NCBI GenBank assembly: GCA_964592105.1 | Contig: CAZQBL010000007.1 | Location: 58,013 to 122,012 of the forward strand | Length of the DNA stretch: 64,000 bases | Direction of reading: 5' to 3' | Origin: an uncultured Gammaproteobacteria bacterium | GTDB lineage: Bacteria > Patescibacteriota > Patescibacteriia > UBA10025 > JAHIVO01 | Shown: positions 11,917-21,850 of the stretch, piece by piece | How positions within the stretch are numbered: position 1 is the first letter of the stretch | Layout: every line of letters starts with the position of its first letter | Position numbers and translations under genes: made by a program | Notes under the pieces: model-generated | What the model saw: only the letters and a program-made list of their open reading frames with translations | Database searches by the model: none | What the model was told of the DNA's origin: nothing

Positions 11917-12753
11917 TTAATGTTCTTCCGCAGTTGAGGCGATCGTGAAATAGACCAGGGTCAACATGGCGAAAATCAAGGCCTGAATAATACCAACTAT
12001 AATCTCCAAAAACATGAATGGGATGGGTACCACGAAAGCAAATATCAAAGCCATAGAGGACAATAAAACTTCACCGGCAAAAATATTCCCGAATAATCGG
12101 AACGATAGTGAAGCGACTTTTGCTACTTCGCCAATAATTTCTACGATGCCCACAAAAAATTTAATCGGGTTAACAATGGCAATCGACGGCTCTTTTTTGA
12201 CCTGACCGGGTATGTGTGCCAGGGCGCGAATGTTTACAAACTTATTGAAATATTTCCAGACGCCCACGGTCAAAATGCCGAATAAATTCGAACCGATCAC
12301 GGAAAAAATAGCCAGTGCCAATGTTGTATTCAGATCGGAAGTTCCTCCGCGGAAAAATGGCACAAAAATCGCTTCATGCGCGTCCCGCTCAATAAAACCG
12401 ATCGAACCGATTCCCGGCAACAAGCCCAGCCAATTATTCAATAATATAAAAATAAAAATCCCAAAAACTATGGGAAATATTTTTTGAGTTTTTCGGCGGT
12501 CGCCGGTCACCGAATCAGCCAGATTCATGGCGCCTTCGATAATTATCTCAAAAGCGTTCTGGAGGCCGCGCGGAATCTTTTTAATACTTCTTTTAATGAG
12601 AACAGCCAATAATACCACCAGCACCACCACTACCCATGAATTAATCAGCGTATTAGTCACGGCGAACTTACCGATATGAAAAATTGGTTCCGGGTAAAGA
12701 GTAATTTCGGATGTTACTTCTGTATTTGTGCTATTTGTTGTTACTTCGCTCAT
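11917..12753 (-). CDS. atpB: ATP synthase Fo subunit a
   Basis: 278 aa polytopic protein; conserved subunit-a helix 4 region (LSFRLFGNIFAGEVLL) with the essential Arg. Confidence 0.85.
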   Translation of the reverse strand: MSEVTTNSTNTEVTSEITLYPEPIFHIGKFAVTNTLINSWVVVVLVVLLAVLIKRSIKKIPRGLQNAFEIIIEGAMNLADSVTGDRRKTQKIFPIVFGIFIFILLNNWLGLLPGIGSIGFIERDAHEAIFVPFFRGGTSDLNTTLALAIFSVIGSNLFGILTVGVWKYFNKFVNIRALAHIPGQVKKEPSIAIVNPIKFFVGIVEIIGEVAKVASLSFRLFGNIFAGEVLLSSMALIFAFVVPIPFMFLEIIVGIIQALIFAMLTLVYFTIASTAEEH

Positions 12754-13030
12754 CTTTTTCTTTGGCTTTTTGTTGCTTGTTCTCTTTTGCTATTTGTCTG
12801 ATGTATTTGCCGGCAACGATAACAATGCCAATACATGAAATAACGAAGGCAAGGCCAGTTAAGGTCAGATAATACCAGGGTGCACTATTGTGTTTTTCGT
12901 CCAAATACCTGCCTAGAAATAATGCCGCCACAATCGGTACGACAATCCAACCAGTCACTTCGGCAAAGACAGTCATGGCCGGCTGCCACCAGGCTTTATC
13001 AGATTTTTTATCCTTATCTTCTTCTTCCAT
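12731..13030 (-). CDS. AtpZ/AtpI-like small membrane protein at the head of the atp operon
   Basis: 99 aa, two TM helices, charged ends. Overlaps the atpB start by 23 nt, as AtpI/AtpZ genes typically do. Confidence 0.4.
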   Translation of the reverse strand: MEEEDKDKKSDKAWWQPAMTVFAEVTGWIVVPIVAALFLGRYLDEKHNSAPWYYLTLTGLAFVISCIGIVIVAGKYIRQIAKENKQQKAKEKDERSNNK

Positions 13031-13220
13031 ATTTAGATTATAAAAACACTCCCTGAAGCTGTAGAGGGGGTCTTATGTAGTAAGACCAACACAACTCCAC
13101 TTTATCCACATTCCGCTTCTATTTTACGAAATAATTGCAAAAAAATCAAGGGGTTTATTTTAAAACCCTAGTCAAATTTACTTTTTGCTAATGTTAGCAA
13201 AAATTATTTACTATTTATCC

Positions 13221-13466
13221 TCAGCAGACAACCCTGGCCTTTGATCTAACAAAATAAACACCGTATGCGCCAATAATCATAGATAATACAATAAAATCAA
13301 CTGGAATAATCCGATATTGAGCACGACAGCCCATTTCAGCAGCACACAAACATTCGACAGTAACTCTTTTGGCAAATAATAATGTTGTACCAATTCCAAA
13401 CTTCGCTCCGGCATAACATGAGCAGCATTCCTGCTCAATCAATTTTACCGTAAATGATAAAATCAA
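13221..13466 (-). CDS. small Cys-rich membrane-anchored protein (start uncertain)
   Basis: Track ORF starts at a TTG inside a TM helix. An in-frame open stretch continues upstream to a TGA, and an ATG at 13527 is +1 out of frame across an A7 run (13515-13521). The likely intact product is MRKKIGLILILIAIAGLILSF...CCSC... Confidence 0.3.
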   Translation of the reverse strand: MILSFTVKLIEQECCSCYAGAKFGIGTTLLFAKRVTVECLCAAEMGCRAQYRIIPVDFIVLSMIIGAYGVYFVRSKARVVC

Positions 13467-13527
13467 TCCGGCAATGGCGATCAGTATTAATATCAGACCG
13501 ATCTTTTTTTCTCATCGTGGATAATAT

Positions 13528-14592
13528 TTATTCCTCCTTCGGCTTCTCCAGCTCCAGCGGCTCCACTTCCCCGCCCTTTTCAGAAATTTTCATAACATCC
13601 CTATCAACTTTCTTGAATTCTTTATACGCAGTATTGTATGTATTTACTGTTGTACCAAGCTGTATACCCAGCTTTTTCATGAATTCATCATAACTGATCA
13701 GGTGCTTAGCCAGTTGTTCAACATTTTTGCGAATCTCCTTGGCTGACTCTTCAATCTGCATGGCACGTAAACCTTCCATGACCGTCTGCAAATACGCTAA
13801 AAAGGAGGTTGGAGAAACAATAATGACGTGATACTTATTGGCCGCCCGTTGGATCAGATTTTCAGTGTCCTCGGTGATAGCCCCAACTTTATTAACCAAC
13901 AAATCGTAATAAATCGCTTCCGAGGGAATAAACATAAAAGCGAAATCAGTCGTATCTTCGTTGGGACGGATATATTTGGCAGTTTCCTGGATACGCATCT
14001 TCAAGTCATTGACGAAAACCTTCTCCAGGTTCTTCTTTTCGTTCTGATCGCGCGTCTCGGCCATACGATTATAATTTTCCAAACTGAACTTTGAATCAAC
14101 GGGTATCAGTTTATTTTTTACTTTCACCACAGCGTCAACTATTTCTCCGTCCTTGAATTTGTATTGCTCTTGGAAAGTGCCAGGCGGTAAAACATTTTTT
14201 AATAACGTGTTTAAAAAATATTCACCCACCATACCCCGTTGCTTGGGATTCTGCAAAATATCCTGAAGGTTCTGCAGCTGGTCAGAAAAGTTAAGCACCT
14301 GCCTATTTGTTTCATCAAGCTTGGTTAATTTTTCCGTCACATCCCTGACGATTTTATTGGTCTCGCCGATATGCTCGCGGAAGGCGCGAGTTGATTCGGC
14401 CATTTTTGTATCCAGGACGCGGGCCAGTTCCGTGCTTTTTTCATTTAATTGGCCAATGCGCTCCTCCAACCGGACCATTTTTTCATGGAATTCCTTAGCC
14501 GCGCCTTCGTCTCCCCGGCGGCGGGTATTGATAAAAACCATGATAATGCCGATGAGAATCAAGGCGCCTAAAATAATGGTGATGTAGTTCAT
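13528..14592 (-). CDS. rmuC: DNA recombination protein RmuC
   Basis: N-terminal TM helix and long coiled coil; C-terminal RmuC nuclease-like domain (FAFMFIPSEAIYYD...YHVIIVSPTSFLAYLQ). Confidence 0.8.
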   Translation of the reverse strand: MNYITIILGALILIGIIMVFINTRRRGDEGAAKEFHEKMVRLEERIGQLNEKSTELARVLDTKMAESTRAFREHIGETNKIVRDVTEKLTKLDETNRQVLNFSDQLQNLQDILQNPKQRGMVGEYFLNTLLKNVLPPGTFQEQYKFKDGEIVDAVVKVKNKLIPVDSKFSLENYNRMAETRDQNEKKNLEKVFVNDLKMRIQETAKYIRPNEDTTDFAFMFIPSEAIYYDLLVNKVGAITEDTENLIQRAANKYHVIIVSPTSFLAYLQTVMEGLRAMQIEESAKEIRKNVEQLAKHLISYDEFMKKLGIQLGTTVNTYNTAYKEFKKVDRDVMKISEKGGEVEPLELEKPKEE

Positions 14593-14952
14593 ATAAGTAT
14601 TAAGTATATTGTAGCGTAAACGGGCTCCTGAAACAAGTTCATGATGAGGATGGTAAAAGGCCCTCGTCCTTATACCACTCTGCCGCTAAATCATTAAGGC
14701 GAGATCATCACTCTCACAAGGTTAATCCTCCATTGTCGGTGCCAATTTTTAAATTGCTTCTCGCGGGCGAAAGCCTCAATAGCAAGAGGAAACTTCTCAT
14801 AATAAATAAGTTTAGCTATGTTATAACGGCTGATAAATCACTTAACTGCTTTGTACTTGCGCTGCCATATTCTGTACTCTAAATTACGCGTTGCACCAAT
14901 ATATTGCACTGTATTATGCTTATTGGTCATAATATACAAATAATATTTCCGT

Positions 14953-14980
14953 TTATAAAAACCTTCCGCTCGCGGGAAGG
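14953..14980 (-). terminator. Rho-independent terminator downstream of tatD
   Basis: Minus strand reads CCTTCCCGCGAGCGGAAGG followed by TTTTTATAAAC. Confidence 0.5.
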
Positions 14981-15065
14981 TATTAATAATTAAATTTCTA
15001 CTACTGCCACTTGTTGAAAAAACAAGTTTTAACTAACATTCCATTTTTTCTCCTGAAAGAGAACA

Positions 15066-15905
15066 TTATTTCAAATTAAAAAATTTTATTGCGTTATTTG
15101 TTGTCCGGTCCACAACTTCATCATACTCCATGCCTTTTATCTCGGCAATGCGGGCAGCCACATACCTTACGTAAACCGGCTCGTTACGCTTACCCCGCAT
15201 GATCTGCGGCGCCAAATACGGGCAATCAGTCTCCACCATTATCCGCTCCAGCGGAGTTTTTTTGACGACTTCAGCCAAAGCCGTCGTTTTTGGATAAGTA
15301 ATAATTCCAGTGAAAGAAATCATCAAACCCATATCCAAAAACTTCCTAGCGTCCCCCCAGCCCCCGGTATAACAATGAACCACCGCTTTGGAAAATTCAG
15401 CTTCCTCCAAAATCATGGCGGCATCATGGTAAGCCAGACGCATATCCTTCAGCTCGCCGCGGCAATGCACTATAATTGGCAGATTCAATTTCTTTGCCAG
15501 CTGGGCCTGTTTCAAAAAAGTCCATTTCTGTTTGGTTTTAAACTCGGTGACGGACACACCCTCGGCCTTATGAAAGTAGTCCGGACCACACTCACCAATG
15601 GCCACCACGCCAGGCTGACAAGCTAATTTTTCATAAGCCTCCGAATTGAAATCCTCTCGCCTGGTTGTAAAAGAAAGTTCGGCTTCATCAACGTCCATTT
15701 TAAACAAGTGCAACGGATGTAAGCCCACGGCTGCATACATCGTACCCGGATATTTCTTGGCTAACTCAACCGCCCGCTGGCTGGTGGAATACTGAGAGCC
15801 AACATTGACCACTTTCATCCCTTCGTTTTGTATACGGCCAACTACTTCCTCCAAATCGTCCTTAAAAGCGGCAAAATTCAAATGGGCATGGGTGTCTATC
15901 AACAT
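15066..15905 (-). CDS. tatD: TatD-family metal-dependent DNase/hydrolase
   Basis: MLIDTHAHLNF N-terminus and conserved TatD His/Glu/Asp positions. Confidence 0.85.
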   Translation of the reverse strand: MLIDTHAHLNFAAFKDDLEEVVGRIQNEGMKVVNVGSQYSTSQRAVELAKKYPGTMYAAVGLHPLHLFKMDVDEAELSFTTRREDFNSEAYEKLACQPGVVAIGECGPDYFHKAEGVSVTEFKTKQKWTFLKQAQLAKKLNLPIIVHCRGELKDMRLAYHDAAMILEEAEFSKAVVHCYTGGWGDARKFLDMGLMISFTGIITYPKTTALAEVVKKTPLERIMVETDCPYLAPQIMRGKRNEPVYVRYVAARIAEIKGMEYDEVVDRTTNNAIKFFNLK

Positions 15906-15907
15906 AA

Positions 15908-16432
15908 TTAAATAAGAGTATCGGGATTAAAAGGCACGCGGTATTTTATGGCCGCCGGAATAAGCGGAGTAACAACTTTAGCAATAGTGATCAGTAGACC
16001 GGCCAAGCGGGATTTATCTATAGCTTCGTTAATGGCCGGTGAAACTTGGAAGTGGCTCATCACAAAAAGTATCACTCCCAACACTAAAGCGCCTTCCACA
16101 AAGCCAAGCAAGGCCCCGGCCAGACGGTTAGCTGATGAAGCAAAAGGTATGAAGCGAATAATATTGAAGCCCTGATCTATCATATGGACCATCCAACCAA
16201 TCAACCGACCGGTCACCAAAAAGACGACTATAAAAGCCAGAACTTTAGCCACTTCTTCCTTGAGCAGGAAAAATTGAAAAAACGGCGCGACTTGATCATA
16301 CAAACTGCCGGCGGCCATCACGCCAACCACCACTCCCAAAAGCGCGCCCAGAGTGTGAATCAGTCCAAAATAAAATCCCGCCCCGACAAATCCAAAAAAT
16401 ATTATAAGCAGGACGATATCAAAAATTGGCAT
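15908..16432 (-). CDS. cvpA: CvpA-family membrane protein
   Basis: 174 aa, four TM helices, CvpA-like N-terminus (FDIVLLIIFFGFVGAGFYFGLI...). Confidence 0.7.
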   Translation of the reverse strand: MPIFDIVLLIIFFGFVGAGFYFGLIHTLGALLGVVVGVMAAGSLYDQVAPFFQFFLLKEEVAKVLAFIVVFLVTGRLIGWMVHMIDQGFNIIRFIPFASSANRLAGALLGFVEGALVLGVILFVMSHFQVSPAINEAIDKSRLAGLLITIAKVVTPLIPAAIKYRVPFNPDTLI

Positions 16433-16449
16433 AAGAGTATATAAAATTA

Positions 16450-17910
16450 TTAAATACGTCTAAACAGCGGCTCACCTTTGGTTATTTTCGACGAATTCAA
16501 ACTGCCGATAATAATTTCGGCGGTCTTGGGCATAAAAGGATCAAGGCATGCTGCTAAATCCAGCAAAAAAGCCGCTAAATTGCTCAAAACCTCCTCCAGC
16601 TCATCTTTTTTTGACTCATTTTTGGCCAGTTGCCAAGGAGCATGATCGTCGATATACTGATTGGCCTTAGTTATTTGAAGCCACATGGCCTCCAGGGCTT
16701 CGTTAAAAGCCAGCCGTTCGATAGTTTCCCCTACCAAATCAAGCTGGAAAGGAGATTCGGTTTCGTCAGGAATTTTTCCCTGACAATATTTTTCTATCAT
16801 ATTCAAAACGCGGCTGACTAAATTACCTAGATTATTGGCCAGATCGGCGTTGTACTTCTCGTCAAACCTGCTCCAGCCGATATCGCCATCCGAACCGAAA
16901 GTCGTGGCGCTCATCAATAAATATCGCGTGGCATCCACACCATATTTTTTTACCAAATCTTCAGGGGCAATCACGTTGCCCACACTCTTGCTCATCTTCT
17001 TGCCGTCAACTATGAAATAACCATGAATAAAAAGCTTACGCGGTAGCGGCAAATCAAGTGACAAAAGCATGGCCGGCCAGATAGTAGCGTGAATTCGCAA
17101 AATGTCTTTACTCATCAGCTCTACCTGAGGCGGCCAAAAAGCCAAATGCCTAACGCCAGCCGTGCCGTCCCAACCCAAGCCGGTCAAATAATTCAAAAAA
17201 GCGTCAGCCCAGACATAAGCGGTGTGGCTTTTGTCCCAAGGCAATTTCACTCCCCATTGGACGTTCTTCCGGGAAAAAGAAATGTCCTGCAGACCTTCAT
17301 TTTTATAAAAACTTACTATTTCGTTTTTTCTTTCTTGGGGGCAGATAAGCAACTCATCTTTCTCTATTTTTTGAAGAAGTTCCGGAGCGAATTTAGAAAG
17401 CTTAAACATATAACTCTCCTCGCGCATCACTTCTGGCGGAATGCCATGGTCCGGACATTCGCCTTTAATCAAATCTTTGGCATTTTTGTACTGTTCGCAC
17501 TTCCGGCAATACAGACCCTCGTACTCACCCAGATAAATATCGCCCCGATCGTACATGTGCTGCAAGGCCTTTTGCACGGCTTTCATATGCTGACTTTCGG
17601 TCGTACGGATAAACCTGTCATACTCAATGTTCATCATTTTCCAGGCGGCTTTGAATTGGGCGGCAATCCCGTCAACAAAAACCTGCGGCTCCTGACCAGC
17701 CTCCCGAGCAATGGCTTCAATGTTAGCACCGTGCTCGTCCGTGCCGGTCAGGAAAAAAACATTGGCATCACCAATTTTATTACGCCAATATCGGGCCAAC
17801 ACATCCGCGGCAATAGTCGTATAGGCGTGGCCGATATGGGGCTTGTTATTCACGTAATAGATAGGTGTTGTGATGTAGAACTTCTTTGACATATTTGAAT
17901 AAGAATTCAA
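16450..17910 (-). CDS. metG: methionyl-tRNA synthetase
   Basis: HIGH motif (KPHIGHAYT), KMSKS motif (KMSKSVGN), zinc-knuckle cysteines, anticodon-binding helical domain. Confidence 0.9.
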   Translation of the reverse strand: MNSYSNMSKKFYITTPIYYVNNKPHIGHAYTTIAADVLARYWRNKIGDANVFFLTGTDEHGANIEAIAREAGQEPQVFVDGIAAQFKAAWKMMNIEYDRFIRTTESQHMKAVQKALQHMYDRGDIYLGEYEGLYCRKCEQYKNAKDLIKGECPDHGIPPEVMREESYMFKLSKFAPELLQKIEKDELLICPQERKNEIVSFYKNEGLQDISFSRKNVQWGVKLPWDKSHTAYVWADAFLNYLTGLGWDGTAGVRHLAFWPPQVELMSKDILRIHATIWPAMLLSLDLPLPRKLFIHGYFIVDGKKMSKSVGNVIAPEDLVKKYGVDATRYLLMSATTFGSDGDIGWSRFDEKYNADLANNLGNLVSRVLNMIEKYCQGKIPDETESPFQLDLVGETIERLAFNEALEAMWLQITKANQYIDDHAPWQLAKNESKKDELEEVLSNLAAFLLDLAACLDPFMPKTAEIIIGSLNSSKITKGEPLFRRI

Positions 17911-18237
17911 TTATTTACAGGCTCGTCACGTCCCACACTTTTCTTTTGAAAATAAGTGAAAAAGTGGAGGGGTATTCACATAGTAAATAAGTCAATAGGA
18001 GTTGTTACAAAAAATTTCTTGAACATAGTGATTAAATTATAGCCAAAAATGACTTTTAAATCAAAATGAGAGATCAAGTAAAGCACTACATAAACAAAAT
18101 AAACAAAAATGCAGGTAATGGATAAATCCAATACCTCCTAAGTATTTTTTGCCTCACAATTGTGTAGCGGGCATGACTAGGAATAAGGTAAGACGGCCCG
18201 CTATCTGTAGTATAAACCCATGGACAACCCGGTCAAG

Positions 18238-18918
18238 TTATTTTTTCGAACCGACCGCCACCACAAACTCCCCTCTTATCTGGTCTGCCTGTAATTTTTC
18301 CAAAACTTCCTTGGCCGATCCGCGATAGATTGTTTCAAATTTCTTGGTTAGTTCCCGGCCAACAACAATCTGCCGTTCTGGTTCTAATAAACCAGTCAGT
18401 GCTTCCAGCGTCTTAATAATCCGGTGTGGTGATTCATAGAAAATGACTGTCTTATCAGATCCCTTGATTTGCTTAAACAATGCCTGTCGGCCTTTCTTCA
18501 ATGGTAAAAATCCTAAGAATAAAAACTTATCAGTCGGCAAACCAGCTACAGACGCCAAGGTTATAACTGCGGCGGCACCAGGAATCGGTACAATCTGTGC
18601 CGAATCGCCCATGCGGCTAACGACCTCGTGTACCAAAACACCTCCAGGATCAGAAATAGCCGGCGTCCCTGCATCTGAAACCAGTGCCAGATTATGACCC
18701 TGCCGCAACAGATTAATAATATAATCAACTTTATGCAGTTGCGAGTGTTGATGATAGCTGATCAAAGATTTCTTTAGACCAAAATAATTCAACAGCTGCA
18801 GGGTGTGTCTGGTGTCCTCGCACAAAACAAAATCGACCTCTTTCAAAATGCGGAGGGCGCGTTGGGTCATATCCTCGAGATTGCCGATGGGTGTGGCGAC
18901 CACGTATAAAATAGCCAT
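18238..18918 (-). CDS. rsmI: 16S rRNA (cytidine1402-2'-O)-methyltransferase RsmI
   Basis: LYVVATPIGNLEDMTQRALRIL...VLCEDTRHT tetrapyrrole-methylase-fold signature of RsmI. Confidence 0.85.
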   Translation of the reverse strand: MAILYVVATPIGNLEDMTQRALRILKEVDFVLCEDTRHTLQLLNYFGLKKSLISYHQHSQLHKVDYIINLLRQGHNLALVSDAGTPAISDPGGVLVHEVVSRMGDSAQIVPIPGAAAVITLASVAGLPTDKFLFLGFLPLKKGRQALFKQIKGSDKTVIFYESPHRIIKTLEALTGLLEPERQIVVGRELTKKFETIYRGSAKEVLEKLQADQIRGEFVVAVGSKK

Positions 18919-18927
18919 AGTGATGCC

Positions 18928-19986
18928 CTAAGCCTCAAGCCGGTCCTCGCTGTCCTCTTTCATGGCAAAAAGATCCTCGGCAAAGACCTTGATGATTAAG
19001 GCCAAAGGAATGGCCAAAAGTATACCGACGATACCGGCAATTTTGCCACCAATTAACATAACTATGATTACCACCAGTGGATTCAAGCCCACGGTTTTTT
19101 GCATAACTTTCGGTACCAGCAGATGGTTTTCCAGTTGCTGAATAATAATATACCAAACGACCACCATCATCCCTTTGATAAAACTACCGGTAGTCAAAGC
19201 GATAAACACCGCCGGAATGCCGCCCAAGAACGGCCCGATATAAGGGATGAACTCGGTCAAGCCAGCCCAGAGTCCCAAGACCAAAGCATATTTGATGCCA
19301 AAAATCAAAAGACCAATATAAGACAAAACACCGATAATCAAGCATAAAATCAACTGGCCTTTCAACCATAGTTGCAGCCGTTCTTGCGAACGATTAACCT
19401 GTTGAAAAACGTACGGCTGGTATTTCAATGGAGTAATGGAACGGATAAACTGCCGAACGGCGTTCTCCTCCAAAAGAGCGTAAAAGGTGATGACCAGTAT
19501 GACGATAAAAGAAAAGAACCCCCCGAAGACACTCACTAAAGCGCTAAAAGCGCCAGCCGTGGTCTGGGCCAAATTGGCTTGCAACGATTGCAAGGCGGAC
19601 TCAAGATTATTCAGCAGGGTTTGCTGGGCGGAAAATTCTCTGAAATTCTGGAAATCGCTAACCACCCGGTTATAATAAGTAGGAAAATTTTTGGCAATCT
19701 CGCTGATCTCCTTGGTCAGGGGCGGAATCAGCAACATGATGATTAAAACGAAGGTCCCCAAAAACAAAATATAAATTATGACCGTAGCCAAAATTCTGGG
19801 CACTTTCCGTCGTTGCAAAGCATTAACCCAAGGATTCAGGGCACTAGCTAAAACAATGGAAATGACCAAAAGTAAAATTACGTCCTTGAGTAAATAAATC
19901 ACGGCAAAAGCCAGTAAAATAATAATTATCCGAAAGATAGTTGAGGTGGAAATGTTGATGGTTAGGCTTTTCTCCTTATTTTCCAT
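18928..19986 (-). CDS. AI-2E family transporter (PerM-like)
   Basis: 352 aa; eight-TM topology and the conserved AI-2E C-terminal block (PLVVIIVMLIGGKIAGIVGILLAIPL). Confidence 0.8.
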   Translation of the reverse strand: MENKEKSLTINISTSTIFRIIIILLAFAVIYLLKDVILLLVISIVLASALNPWVNALQRRKVPRILATVIIYILFLGTFVLIIMLLIPPLTKEISEIAKNFPTYYNRVVSDFQNFREFSAQQTLLNNLESALQSLQANLAQTTAGAFSALVSVFGGFFSFIVILVITFYALLEENAVRQFIRSITPLKYQPYVFQQVNRSQERLQLWLKGQLILCLIIGVLSYIGLLIFGIKYALVLGLWAGLTEFIPYIGPFLGGIPAVFIALTTGSFIKGMMVVVWYIIIQQLENHLLVPKVMQKTVGLNPLVVIIVMLIGGKIAGIVGILLAIPLALIIKVFAEDLFAMKEDSEDRLEA

Positions 19987-20009
19987 ATGGCTTTAGTATA
20001 CAACAGCGA

Positions 20010-21275
20010 TTATAACTTTAAAAGACCGGCCAAGACGCCCTTTTCTTTCAGCGGGCCGATCAAAGACAGGTTAATTTTCCTAGTAACTATCAATTCACCG
20101 GCCACCTTTTTTATATCAGCTAATTTAACCTTAGCCAAGAGCTCAAGTTGTTGGGCTGGCGTCAATATTTTATCAGTCAAAATCTCCTGTTTGGAAAACC
20201 AGGAAGCCACATGATCGGACGCCTCCAAATCCAAAATCAATTTTCCTTTGAGAAAATCCTTGGCTTGCTGCAGCTCGGCGGCCGTAATTCCCTCTGTCTT
20301 TATTTTTTTCAATTCTTTTAAAATTTCAACGATAGCTTCTTTCAGCCGTGACTTGTCCAGTCCTGCCTGGATCATGAGATTGCCCGTATCCTGATAAACA
20401 TTAACTTGAGCCCGGATGAAATAACACAGGCCTTTTTTCTCGCGGATTGAAGTGAATAATCGTGAACTCATATTACCGCCCAATACTACTCCCAGCAAAT
20501 ATAAGGAGTACAACTTTTTATCAAAATAATCGTATGACGGAAACCCAAGGCACAACTGAACTTGTTCGGTGTCCTTATATTTCAAAGCAACTCGCGGCTT
20601 ACTCTGGTTTATTACAATTTTCGGAAAATCTTTAACCGGCTGCTTATTGACCGTTTGCCCAAAATATTTCTTGATTAAGCTCAGCAACTTCGCATCCATC
20701 CGTCCAGCTACTGCCACCAACATATTTTTTGGCTGGTAATAATCATGATGGTACTTGATGATATCTTTTCGTTTAATCGACTTAATCACCTCTTTCGGTC
20801 CGGCAATATGCCAGCCCAGAGGATGATCCCCATACATAGTCTGCTCAAACAAATCTTCGGCAAACATCAGCGGGTTATCCTCATACATATTTATTTCCTC
20901 AATAATAACCCCCCGCTCCCGCTCAATTTCTTTAGCTTCGAACAAGGAATTGAAAAGCATATCCGCCAGCATTTCCAAAGCCAATTCGGCTTTTTCATAA
21001 TTGGCCTTGATGTAATAGCCGGTGTGATCTTTTGAAGTAAAGGCATTATACTCCGCGCCAATACCATCTAATTCTTTTGAGATATCTAAACTGGTTGGCC
21101 GTTTTTTTGTGCCTTTGAACATCAAATGCTCAACAAAATGCGAAACGCCATTTATTTTACGGGTTTCGTACCGCGAACCAACCTTAACCAACACCAGAGC
21201 CGTCATGGCTTTAGTCTCATGCATCGGCGCGACAATAACGCGCAGACCGTTTTTAAAAATATATTTTTTGAACAT
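20010..21275 (-). CDS. M16-family zinc peptidase (insulinase-like)
   Basis: HFVEHLMFKGT inverted zinc-binding motif (HxxEH) plus two M16 domains. Confidence 0.85.
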   Translation of the reverse strand: MFKKYIFKNGLRVIVAPMHETKAMTALVLVKVGSRYETRKINGVSHFVEHLMFKGTKKRPTSLDISKELDGIGAEYNAFTSKDHTGYYIKANYEKAELALEMLADMLFNSLFEAKEIERERGVIIEEINMYEDNPLMFAEDLFEQTMYGDHPLGWHIAGPKEVIKSIKRKDIIKYHHDYYQPKNMLVAVAGRMDAKLLSLIKKYFGQTVNKQPVKDFPKIVINQSKPRVALKYKDTEQVQLCLGFPSYDYFDKKLYSLYLLGVVLGGNMSSRLFTSIREKKGLCYFIRAQVNVYQDTGNLMIQAGLDKSRLKEAIVEILKELKKIKTEGITAAELQQAKDFLKGKLILDLEASDHVASWFSKQEILTDKILTPAQQLELLAKVKLADIKKVAGELIVTRKINLSLIGPLKEKGVLAGLLKL

Positions 21276-21299
21276 TGGCTTATAATAATTATTATTTTT

Positions 21300-21687
21300 T
21301 TACAGAAGGATAATCGTTTTTCTCGGGGATTACTCCCGGACACCACACCTGGAATTTTCTACATCGCCCCTATATCGCGGCATGACATGGATATGTAAAT
21401 GAAAAATTGTTTGATCGGCAGCTTCCCGTTATTTACTCCGAAATTATATCCATCAGGATGATATATTTCCTCAATTTTCTTTTTTACTTTGACCAACAAC
21501 TCAAACAAGTCCGGAAATTCTGATTTTTTAAGATCAAAAAGAACAGCGTTTGCCTTTTAGAAATAATCGGGGCGCGCCCGGGATTGACTGGAAAATCATC
21601 AAAAATCGAAAAAAATGATTCGCTCTCGGCAATGATATATTCCCCTTTTTCCCGGTAAAATTTACAAAAATGGCAAGGTTTTTCCAT
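21300..21687 (-). pseudogene. HIT-family (histidine triad) hydrolase gene disrupted by two frameshifts
   Basis: N-terminal part is in frame A (MEKPCHFCKFYREKGEYIIAESESFFSIFDDFPVNPGRAPIISK). The middle is in frame B (ANAVLFDLKKSEFPDLFELLVKVKKKIEEIYHPDGYNFGVNNG). The C-terminal part is in frame C (EAADQTIFHLHIHVMPRYRGD, the HxHxHxx triad). One extra base in an A4 run and one in a G3 run would restore the frame. Confidence 0.5.
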
Positions 21688-21850
21688 GTAAATATTATTT
21701 TCTGAATAAATCCACCCGCCACGGAGTAATCGTTTGAAAATTTAAACACTGAAACAAGTTTAGCCTGAGGACCCTTCTCAATACCTCATCCCGAACCGTA
21801 GTCCCGGCGAATAACGAGATTAATTTCGAAATCCCAAAAATATTCTTCGA

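Noticed and set aside
17089-17889. 266-aa plus-strand ORF antisense to metG
   Set aside because: It lies entirely within conserved MetRS coding sequence and shows no family similarity, so it is an antisense artefact.
18165-18215. TAGCGGGC-(23 nt)-GCCCGCTA inverted repeat between rsmI and metG
   Set aside because: The loop is long and no T-tract follows on either strand. It could be a regulatory hairpin, but the evidence is insufficient.
21534-21749. 71-aa ORF overlapping the HIT N-terminus in another frame
   Set aside because: No similarity to HIT or any other family; a by-product of the frameshifted region.
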